Shown: positions 53,771 to 64,000 of the stretch, piece after piece
Layout: every line of letters starts with the position of its first letter
Position numbering within the stretch: the first letter of the stretch is position 1
Source of the DNA: Eledone cirrhosa
Taxonomy: Eukaryota
Length of the DNA stretch: 64,000 bases
NCBI GenBank assembly: GCA_964016885.1
Contig: OZ024741.1
Location: 243,846,001 to 243,910,000, forward strand
Direction of reading: 5' to 3'
The notes under the pieces: generated by a model
What the model was told of the DNA's origin: nothing
What the model saw: the letters and a program-made list of their open reading frames with translations, nothing else
Databases searched by the model: none
Program-made: the position numbers and the translations under genes

Positions 53771-56700
53771 AAAATCACACCACACACAGCAAATGTGTGT
53801 CTGCACATGTACCAGTACGTACAGATCGATCCGACCACGGGCGGCAGGCCCACATTCGAAAAGGTTACTCCGCCTGCAAATCGTCATTTTCGGATTCGTT
53901 TTCTTCGAAGCACACCATTCGCCGGCGGACTTCAGCTGCCTCATTTAGCATGGGCAGCTTTTCTTGAAAATCACACCTCACACAGCAAATGTGTCTCTGC
54001 ACATGTACTAGTAATTACAGATCGATCCGACCACGGGCAACCGGCCCACGATCGAAAAGGTAACTCCGGCGGCAAATTCGCATTTTTGTGATTCGTTTCT
54101 TCGAAGCACACCATTCGCCGCCGGACTTCAGCTTCCTCATTTAGCATGGGCAGCTTTTCTTGAAAATCACACCACACTCAGCAAATCTGTGTCTGCACAT
54201 GTACCAGTAATTACAGATCGATCCGACCACGGGCGGCCTGCCCACGATCGAAAAGGTAACCCCGCCGGCAAATTCGCATTTTTGCGATTCGTTTCTTCGA
54301 AGCACACCATTCGCTGGTGGACTTCAGCTTCCTCATTTAACATGGGCAGCTTTTCTTGAAAATCACACCACACTCAGCAAATGTGTGTCTGCACATGTAC
54401 CAGTAATTACAGATCGATCCGCCCATGGGCGGCCGGCCCACGATCGAAAATGTAACTCCGCCGGCAAATTCGCATTTTTGTGATTCGTTTCTTCGAAGCA
54501 CACCATTTGCTGGTGGACTTCAGCTTCCTCATTTAGCGTGGGCAGCTTTTCTTGAAAATCACACCACTCACAGACAATGAGTCTCTGCACATGTACCACT
54601 AATTACAGATCGATACGACCACGGGCGGCCTGCCCACCATCGAAAAGGTAACTCCGCCGGCAAATCCGCATTTTTGTGATTCGTTTCTTCGAAGCACACC
54701 ATTCGCCGCCGGACTTCAGCTTCCTCATTTAGCATGGGCAGCTTTTCTTGAAAATCACACCACACACAGCAAATGTGTGTCTACACAGGTACCAGTAATT
54801 ACAGATCGATCCGACCACCGCCGGCTGGCCCAGGATCGAAAAGGTAACTCCGGCGGCAAATTCGCATTTTTGTGATTCATTTCTTCGAAGCACACCATTC
54901 GCTGGTGGACTTCAGCTTCCTCATTTAGCATGGGCAGCTTTTCTTGAAAATCACACCACACACAGCCAATGAGTGACTGCACATGTACCAGTAATTACAG
55001 ATCGATCCGACTACGGGCGGCCTGCCTACGATCGAAAAGGTAACTCCGCCGGCAAATTCGCATTTTTGTGATTCGTTTCTTCGAAGCACACCATTCGCCG
55101 CCGGACTTCAGCTTCCTCATTTAGCATGGGCAGCTTTTCTTGAAAATCACACCACACACAGCAAATGTGTGTCTGCACAGGTACCAGTAATTACAGATCG
55201 ATCCGACCACGGACGGCTGGCCCACGATCGAAAAGGTAACTCCGCCGGCAAATCCTAATTTTTGTGATTCGTTTCTTCGAAGCACACCATTCGCCGCCGG
55301 ACTTCAGCTTCCTCATTTAGCATGGGCAGCTTTTCTTGAAAATCACACCACTCACAGCCAATGAGTCTCTGCACAGGTACCACTAATTACAGATCGATAC
55401 GACCAGGGGCGGCCGGCCCACGATCGAAAATGTAACTCCGCCGGCAAATTCGCATTTTTGTGATTCGTTTCTTCGAAGCACACCATTCGCTGGTGGACTT
55501 CAGCTTCCTCATTTAGCATGGGCAGCGTTTCTTGAAAATCACACCACTCACAGACTATGAGTGTCTGCACATGTACCACTAATTACAGATCGATACGACC
55601 ACGGGCGGCCTGCCCACGATCGAAAAGGTAACTCCGCCGGCAAATCCGCATTTTTGTGATTCGTTTCTTCGAAGCACACCATTCGCCGCCGGACTTCAGC
55701 TTCCTCATTTAGCATGGGCAGCTTTTCTTAAAAATCACACCACACTCAGAAAATGTGTGTCTGCACATGTACCAGTAATTACAGATCGATCCGACCACGG
55801 GCGGCCTGCCCACGATCGAAAAGGTAACTCCGCCGGCAAATTCGCATTTTTGTGATTCGTTTCTTCGAAGGACACCATTCGCTGGTGGACTTCAGCTTCC
55901 TCATTTAACATGGGCAGCTTTTCTTGAAAATCACACCACACTCAGCAAATGTGTGTCTGCACATGTACCAGTAATTACAGATCGATCCGCCCACGGGCGG
56001 CCGGGCCACGATCGAAAATGTAACTCCGCCGGCAAATTCGCATTTTTGTGATTCATTTCTTCGAAGCACACCATTCGCTGGTGGACTTCAGCTTCCTCAT
56101 TTAGCATGGGCAGCTTTTCTTGAAAATCACACCACACACAGCAAATTTGTGTCTACACAGGTACCAGTAATTACAGATCGATCCGACCACGGACGGCTGG
56201 CCCAGGATCGAAAAGGTAACTCCGGCGGCAAATTCGCATTTTTGTGATTCGTTTCTTCGAAGCACACCATTCGCTGGTGGACTTCAGCTTCCTCATTTAG
56301 CATGGGCAGCTTTTCTTGAAAATCACACCACACACAGCCAATGAGTGTCTGCACATGTACCAGTAATTACAGATCGATCCGACCACGGGCGGCCGGCCCA
56401 CGATCGAAAAGGTAACTCCGCCGGCAAATTCGCATTTTTGTGATTCGTTTCTTCGAAGCACACCATTAGCCGCCGGACTTCAGCTTCCTCATTTAGCATG
56501 GGCAGCTTTTCTTGAAAATCACACCACACACAGCAAATGTGTGTCTGCACATGTACCAGTACGTACAGATCGATCCGACCACGGGCGGCAGGCCCACATT
56601 CGAAAAGGTTACTCCGCCTGCAAATCGTCATTTTCGGATTCGTTTTCTTCGAAGCACACCATTCGCCGGCGGACTTCAGCTGCCTCATTTAGCATGGGCA

Positions 56701-59700
56701 GCTTTTCTTGAAAATCACACCTCACACAGCAAATGTGTCTTTGCACATGTACTAGTAATTACAGATCGATCCGACCACGGGCAACCGGCCCACGATCGAA
56801 AAGGTAACTCCGGCGGCAAATTCGCATTTTTGTGATTCGTTTCTTCGAAGCACACCATTCGCCGCCGGACTTCAGAGTCCTCATTTAGCATGGGCAGCTT
56901 TTCTTGAAAATCACACCACACTCAGCAAATGTGTGTCTGCACATGTACCAGTACGTACAGATCGATCCGACCACGGGCGGCAGGCCCACATTCGAAAAGG
57001 TTACTCCGCCTGCAAATCGTCATTTTCGGATTCGTTTTCTTCGAAGCACACCATTCGCCGGCGGACTTCAGCTGCCTCATTTAGCATGGGCAGCTTTTCT
57101 TGAAAATCACATCTCACACAGCAAATGTGTCTCTGCACATGTACTAGTAATTACAGATCGATCCGACCACGGGCAACCGGCCCACGATCGAAAAGGTAAC
57201 TCCGGCGGCAAATTCGCATTTTTGTGATTCGTTTCTTCGAAGCACACCATTCGCCGCCGGACTTCAGCTTCCTCATTTAGCATGGGCAGCTTTTCTTGAA
57301 AATCACACCACACTCAGCAAATCTGTGTCTGCACATGTACCAGTAATTACAGATCGATCCGACCACGGGCGGCCTGCCCACGATCGAAAAGGTAACCCCG
57401 CCGGCAAATTCGCATTTTTGCGATTCGTTTCTTCGAAGCACACCATTCGCTGGTGGACTTCAGCTTCCTCATTTAACATGGGCAGCTTTTCTTGAAAATC
57501 ACACCACACTCAGCAAATGTGTGTCTGCACATGTACCAGTAATTACAGATCGATCCGCCCATGGGCGGCCGGCCCACGATCGAAAATGTAACTCCGCCGG
57601 CAAATTCGCATTTTTGTGATTCGTTTCTTCGAAGCACACCATTTGCTGGTGGACTTCAGCTTCCTCATTTAGCGTGGGCAGCTTTTCTTGAAAATCACAC
57701 CACTCACAGACAATGAGTCTCTGCACATGTACCACTAATTACAGATCGATACGACCACGGGCGGCCTGCCCACCATCGAAAAGGTAACTCCGCCGGCAAA
57801 TCCGCATTTTTGTGATTCGTTTCTTCGAAGCACACCATTCGCCGCCGGACTTCAGCTTCCTCATTTAGCATGGGCAGCTTTTCTTGAAAATCACACCACA
57901 CACAGCAAATGTGTGTCTACACAGGTACCAGTAATTACAGATCGATCCGACCACCGCCGGCTGGCCCAGGATCGAAAAGGTAACTCCGGCGGCAAATTCG
58001 CATTTTTGTGATTCATTTCTTCGAAGCACACCATTCGCTGGTGGACTTCAGCTTCCTCATTTAGCATGGGCAGCTTTTCTTGAAAATCACACCACACACA
58101 GCCAATGAGTGACTGCACATGTACCAGTAATTACAGATCGATCCGACTACGGGCGGCCTGCCTACGATCGAAAAGGTAACTCCGCCGGCAAATTCGCATT
58201 TTTGTGATTCGTTTCTTCGAAGCACACCATTCGCCGCCGGACTTCAGCTTCCTCATTTAGCATGGGCAGCTTTTCTTGAAAATCACACCACACACAGCAA
58301 ATGTGTGTCTGCACAGGTACCAGTAATTACAGATCGATCCGACCACGGACGGCTGGCCCACGATCGAAAAGGTAACTCCGCCGGCAAATCCTAATTTTTG
58401 TGATTCGTTTCTTCGAAGCACACCATTCGCCGCCGGACTTCAGCTTCCTCATTTAGCATGGGCAGCTTTTCTTGAAAATCACACCACTCACAGCCAATGA
58501 GTCTCTGCACAGGTACCACTAATTACAGATCGATACGACCAGGGGCGGCCGGCCCACGATCGAAAATGTAACTCCGCCGGCAAATTCGCATTTTTGTGAT
58601 TCGTTTCTTCGAAGCACACCATTCGCTGGTGGACTTCAGCTTCCTCATTTAGCATGGGCAGCGTTTCTTGAAAATCACACCACTCACAGACTATGAGTGT
58701 CTGCACATGTACCACTAATTACAGATCGATACGACCACGGGCGGCCTGCCCACGATCGAAAAGGTAACTCCGCCGGCAAATCCGCATTTTTGTGATTCGT
58801 TTCTTCGAAGCACACCATTCGCCGCCGGACTTCAGCTTCCTCATTTAGCATGGGCAGCTTTTCTTAAAAATCACACCACACTCAGAAAATGTGTGTCTGC
58901 ACATGTACCAGTAATTACAGATCGATCCGACCACGGGCGGCCTGCCCACGATCGAAAAGGTAACTCCGCCGGCAAATTCGCATTTTTGTGATTCGTTTCT
59001 TCGAAGGACACCATTCGCTGGTGGACTTCAGCTTCCTCATTTAACATGGGCAGCTTTTCTTGAAAATCACACCACACTCAGCAAATGTGTGTCTGCACAT
59101 GTACCAGTAATTACAGATCGATCCGCCCACGGGCGGCCGGGCCACGATCGAAAATGTAACTCCGCCGGCAAATTCGCATTTTTGTGATTCATTTCTTCGA
59201 AGCACACCATTCGCTGGTGGACTTCAGCTTCCTCATTTAGCATGGGCAGCTTTTCTTGAAAATCACACCACACACAGCAAATTTGTGTCTACACAGGTAC
59301 CAGTAATTACAGATCGATCCGACCACGGACGGCTGGCCCAGGATCGAAAAGGTAACTCCGGCGGCAAATTCGCATTTTTGTGATTCGTTTCTTCGAAGCA
59401 CACCATTCGCTGGTGGACTTCAGCTTCCTCATTTAGCATGGGCAGCTTTTCTTGAAAATCACACCACACACAGCCAATGAGTGTCTGCACATGTACCAGT
59501 AATTACAGATCGATCCGACCACGGGCGGCCGGCCCACGATCGAAAAGGTAACTCCGCCGGCAAATTCGCATTTTTGTGATTCGTTTCTTCGAAGCACACC
59601 ATTAGCCGCCGGACTTCAGCTTCCTCATTTAGCATGGGCAGCTTTTCTTGAAAATCACACCACACACAGCAAATGTGTGTCTGCACATGTACCAGTACGT

Positions 59701-62700
59701 ACAGATCGATCCGACCACGGGCGGCAGGCCCACATTCGAAAAGGTTACTCCGCCTGCAAATCGTCATTTTCGGATTCGTTTTCTTCGAAGCACACCATTC
59801 GCCGGCGGACTTCAGCTGCCTCATTTAGCATGGGCAGCTTTTCTTGAAAATCACACCTCACACAGTAAATGTGTCTCTGCACATGTACTAGTAATTACAG
59901 ATCGATCCGACCACGGGCAACCGGCCCACGATCGAAAAGGTAACTCCGGCGGCAAATTCGCATTTTTGTGATTCGTTTCTTCGAAGCACACCATTCGCCG
60001 CCGGACTTCAGCTTCCTCATTTAGCATGGGCAGCTTTTCTTGAAAATCACACCACACTCAGCAAATCTGTGTCTGCACATGTACCAGTAATTACAGATCG
60101 ATCCGACCACGGGCGGCCTGCCCACGATCGAAAAGGTAACCCCGCCGGCAAATTCGCATTTTTGCGATTCGTTTCTTCGAAGCACACCATTCGCTGGTGG
60201 ACTTCAGCTTCCTCATTTAACATGGGCAGCTTTTCTTGAAAATCACACCACACTCAGCAAATGTGTGTCTGCACATGTACCAGTAATTACAGATCGATCC
60301 GCCCATGGGCGGCCGGCCCACGATCGAAAATGTAACTCCGCCGGCAAATTCGCATTTTTGTGATTCGTTTCTTCGAAGCACACCATTTGCTGGTGGACTT
60401 CAGCTTCCTCATTTAGCGTGGGCAGCTTTTCTTGAAAATCACACCACTCACAGACAATGAGTCTCTGCACATGTACCACTAATTACAGATCGATACGACC
60501 ACGGGCGGCCTGCCCACCATCGAAAAGGTAACTCCGCCGGCAAATCCGCATTTTTGTGATTCGTTTCTTCGAAGCACACCATTCGCCGCCGGACTTCAGC
60601 TTCCTCATTTAGCATGGGCAGCTTTTCTTGAAAATCACACCACACACAGCAAATGTGTGTCTACACAGGTACCAGTAATTACAGATCGATCCGACCACCG
60701 CCGGCTGGCCCAGGATCGAAAAGGTAACTCCGGCGGCAAATTCGCATTTTTGTGATTCATTTCTTCGAAGCACACCATTCGCTGGTGGACTTCAGCTTCC
60801 TCATTTAGCATGGGCAGCTTTTCTTGAAAATCACACCACACACAGCCAATGAGTGACTGCACATGTACCAGTAATTACAGATCGATCCGACTACGGGCGG
60901 CCTGCCTACGATCGAAAAGGTAACTCCGCCGGCAAATTCGCATTTTTGTGATTCGTTTCTTCGAAGCACACCATTCGCCGCCGGACTTCAGCTTCCTCAT
61001 TTAGCATGGGCAGCTTTTCTTGAAAATCACACCACACACAGCAAATGTGTGTCTGCACAGGTACCAGTAATTACAGATCGATCCGACCACGGACGGCTGG
61101 CCCACGATCGAAAAGGTAACTCCGCCGGCAAATCCTAATTTTTGTGATTCGTTTCTTCGAAGCACACCATTCGCCGCCGGACTTCAGCTTCCTCATTTAG
61201 CATGGGCAGCTTTTCTTGAAAATCACACCACTCACAGCCAATGAGTCTCTGCACAGGTACCACTAATTACAGATCGATACGACCAGGGGCGGCCGGCCCA
61301 CGATCGAAAATGTAACTCCGCCGGCAAATTCGCATTTTTGTGATTCGTTTCTTCGAAGCACACCATTCGCTGGTGGACTTCAGCTTCCTCATTTAGCATG
61401 GGCAGCGTTTCTTGAAAATCACACCACTCACAGACTATGAGTGTCTGCACATGTACCACTAATTACAGATCGATACGACCACGGGCGGCCTGCCCACGAT
61501 CGAAAAGGTAACTCCGCCGGCAAATCCGCATTTTTGTGATTCGTTTCTTCGAAGCACACCATTCGCCGCCGGACTTCAGCTTCCTCATTTAGCATGGGCA
61601 GCTTTTCTTAAAAATCACACCACACTCAGAAAATGTGTGTCTACACATGTACCAGTAATTACAGATCGATCCGACCACGGGCGGCCTGCCCACGATCGAA
61701 AAGGTAACTCCGCCGGCAAATTCGCATTTTTGTGATTCGTTTCTTCGAAGGACACCATTCGCTGGTGGACTTCAGCTTCCTCATTTAACATGGGCAGCTT
61801 TTCTTGAAAATCACACCACACTCAGCAAATGTGTGTCTGCACATGTACCAGTAATTACAGATCGATCCGCCCACGGGCGGCCGGGCCACGATCGAAAATG
61901 TAACTCCGCCGGCAAATTCGCATTTTTGTGATTCATTTCTTCGAAGCACACCATTCGCTGGTGGACTTCAGCTTCCTCATTTAGCATGGGCAGCTTTTCT
62001 TGAAAATCACACCACACACAGCAAATTTGTGTCTACACAGGTACCAGTAATTACAGATCGATCCGACCACGGACGGCTGGCCCAGGATCGAAAAGGTAAC
62101 TCCGGCGGCAAATTCGCATTTTTGTGATTCGTTTCTTCGAAGCACACCATTCGCTGGTGGACTTCAGCTTCCTCATTTAGCATGGGCAGCTTTTCTTGAA
62201 AATCACACCACACACAGCCAATGAGTGTCTGCACATGTACCAGTAATTACAGATCGATCCGACCACGGGCGGCCGGCCCACGATCGAAAAGGTAACTCCG
62301 CCGGCAAATTCGCATTTTTGTGATTCGTTTCTTCGAAGCACACCATTAGCCGCCGGACTTCAGCTTCCTCATTTAGCATGGGCAGCTTTTCTTGAAAATC
62401 ACACCACACACAGCAAATGTGTGTCTGCACATGTACCAGTACGTACAGATCGATCCGACCACGGGCGGCAGGCCCACATTCGAAAAGGTTACTCCGCCTG
62501 CAAATCGTCATTTTCGGATTCGTTTTCTTCGAAGCACACCATTCGCCGGCGGACTTCAGCTGCCTCATTTAGCATGGGCAGCTTTTCTTGAAAATCACAC
62601 CTCACACAGCAAATGTGTCTTTGCACATGTACTAGTAATTACAGATCGATCCGACCACGGGCAACCGGCCCACGATCGAAAAGGTAACTCCGGCGGCAAA

Positions 62701-62810
62701 TTCGCATTTTTGTGATTCGTTTCTTCGAAGCACACCATTCGCCGCCGGACTTCAGAGTCCTCATTTAGCATGGGCAGCTTTTCTTGAAAATCACACCACA
62801 CTCAGCAAAT
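53420..62810. repeat. 14-mer HOR (2744 bp) with one 16-mer variant; 30-mer (5880-bp) super-period
   Basis: The marker 'ggcagcgtttc' (QETLP ORFs) lies at 55352, 58488, 61232 (+3136, +2744). 'gtgtctttgcac' lies at ~56741 and ~62621 (+5880). Confidence 0.88.
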
Positions 62811-64000
62811 GTGGGTCTGCACATGTACCAGTAATTACAGATCGATCCGACCACGGGCGGCCTGCCCACGATCGAAAAGGTAACTCCGCCGGCAAATTCG
62901 CATTTTTGTGATTCGTTTCTTCGAAGCACACCATTCGCTGGTGGACTTCAGCTTCCTCATTTAGCATGGGCAGCTTTTCTTGAAAATCACACCACTCACA
63001 GACTATGAGTGTCTGCACATGTACCACTAATTACAGATCGATACGACCACGGGCGGCCTGCCCACGATCGAAAAGGTAACTCCGCCGGCAAATCCGCATT
63101 TTTGTGATTCGTTTCTTCGAAGCACACCATTCGCCGCCGGACTTCAGCTTCCTCATTTAGCATGGGCAGCTTTTCTTAAAAATCACACCACACTCAGCAA
63201 ATGTGTGTCTGCACATGTACCAGTAATTACAGATCGATCCGACCACGGGCGGCCTGCCCACGATCGAAAAGGTAACTCCGCCGGCAAATTCGCATTTTTG
63301 TGATTCGTTTCTTCGAAGCACACCATTCGCTGGTGGACTTCAGCTTCCTCATTTAACATGGGCAGCTTTTCTTGAAAATCACACCACACTTAGCAAATTT
63401 GTGTCTGCACATGTACCAGTAATTACAGATCGATCCGCCCACGGGCGGCCGGCTCACGATCGAAAATGTAACTCCGCCGGCAAATTCGCATTTTTGTGAT
63501 TCATTTCTTCGAAGCACACCATTCGCTGGTGGACTTCAGCTTCCTCATTTAGCATGGGCAGCTTTTCTTGAAAATCACACCACACACAGCCAATGAGTGT
63601 CTGCACATGTACCAGTAATTACAGATCGATCCGACCACGGGCGGCCGGCCCACGATCGAAAAGGTAACTCCGGCGGCAAATTCGCATTTTTGTGATTCGT
63701 TTCTTCGAAGCACACCATTCGCCGCCGGACTTCAGAGTCCTCATTTAGCATGGGCAGCTTTTCTTGAAAATCACACCACACTCAGCAAATGTGTGTCTGC
63801 ACATGTACCAGTACGTACAGATCGATCCGACCACGGGCGGCAGGCCCACATTCGAAAAGGTTACTCCGCCTGCAAATCGTCATTTTCGGATTCGTTTTCT
63901 TCGAAGCACACCATTCGCCGGCGGACTTCAGCTGCCTCATTTAGCATGGGCAGCTTTTCTTGAAAATCACACCTCACACAGCAAATGTGTCTCTGCACAT

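Larger units (their letters stand above)
1..64000. repeat. Tandem satellite DNA array, 196-bp monomer, ~326.5 head-to-tail copies, single orientation; extends beyond both window edges
   Basis: The motif 'aaaatcacacc' recurs every 196 bp (tcac at 71, 267, 463 ... 63575, 63771, 63967). ORF-track ends 267 and 63575 differ by 63308 = 323 x 196. No non-repeat sequence was seen. Confidence 0.99.

Noticed and set aside
855-62715. Longer 104-131 aa ORFs on both strands (MRQLKSAGEW..., MKITPHTANV...)
   Set aside because: They arise only where the Y monomer's substitutions and indels remove stops (e.g. taatta to tacgta), so they are read-through artefacts of the satellite.
267-63781. Hundreds of 65-78 aa minus-strand ORFs (MWCDFQEKLPMLNEEAEV...) resembling a tandem gene or peptide array
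   Set aside because: They are one per monomer, mostly with GTG starts, and overlap each other. 196 is not a multiple of 3. Common variants introduce stops freely ('ttcttaaaaa', 'cctaa', 'gcctacg'), most variants alter the peptide, and there is no recognisable domain or room for regulatory sequence.
1-64000. CRISPR array or repeat-spacer system
   Set aside because: There are no unique spacers: the entire 196 bp is repeated with only SNP-level variation, and no cas or other genes are present.
1-64000. Identity with the Trypanosoma cruzi 195-bp satellite (similar unit length)
   Set aside because: The diagnostic TCZ1/TCZ2 primer-site sequences as I recall them are not present on either strand, so only the length is similar.
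1-64000. Inversions, transposon insertions or telomeric repeats within the array
   Set aside because: The phase 71+196k and the orientation are unbroken throughout, leaving no room for inserted sequence.
1-64000. Variant pattern as a combinatorial code or diversity-generating cassette system
   Set aside because: The variant combinations are adequately explained by in-register duplication, deletion and recombination of monomers. No recombinase, reverse transcriptase or expression site is present in the window.

Overview
The entire 64,000-bp window is one uninterrupted, head-to-tail tandem satellite array. It has about 326.5 copies of a 196-bp, roughly 50% GC monomer, all in one orientation. 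Consensus from + strand 'tcacacc': tcacaccacacacagcaaatgtgtgtctgcacatgtaccagtaattacagatcgatccgaccacgggcggccggcccacgatcgaaaaggtaactccgccggcaaattcgcatttttgtgattcgtttcttcgaagcacaccattcgc(tggt/cgcc)ggacttcagcttcctcatttagcatgggcagcttttcttgaaaa. I see no gene, RNA gene, transposon, CRISPR array or unique sequence, and every ORF in the track is a by-product of the repeat. The monomer phase (start = 71+196k) holds from end to end with no net indel. Shared SNP haplotypes show nested higher-order repeats (HORs): 18-, 33-, 13-, 9/11-, 18-, 7/8-, 26/23/22/21- and 16/14/30-mers. They also show a layered domain structure in which the two ends of the window resemble each other more than the middle. A divergent monomer class keeps the 196-bp length through compensating indels, and some variants preserve dyad symmetry. 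The pattern resembles eukaryotic centromeric or heterochromatic satellite with HORs (inference). I do not recognise the family or organism.
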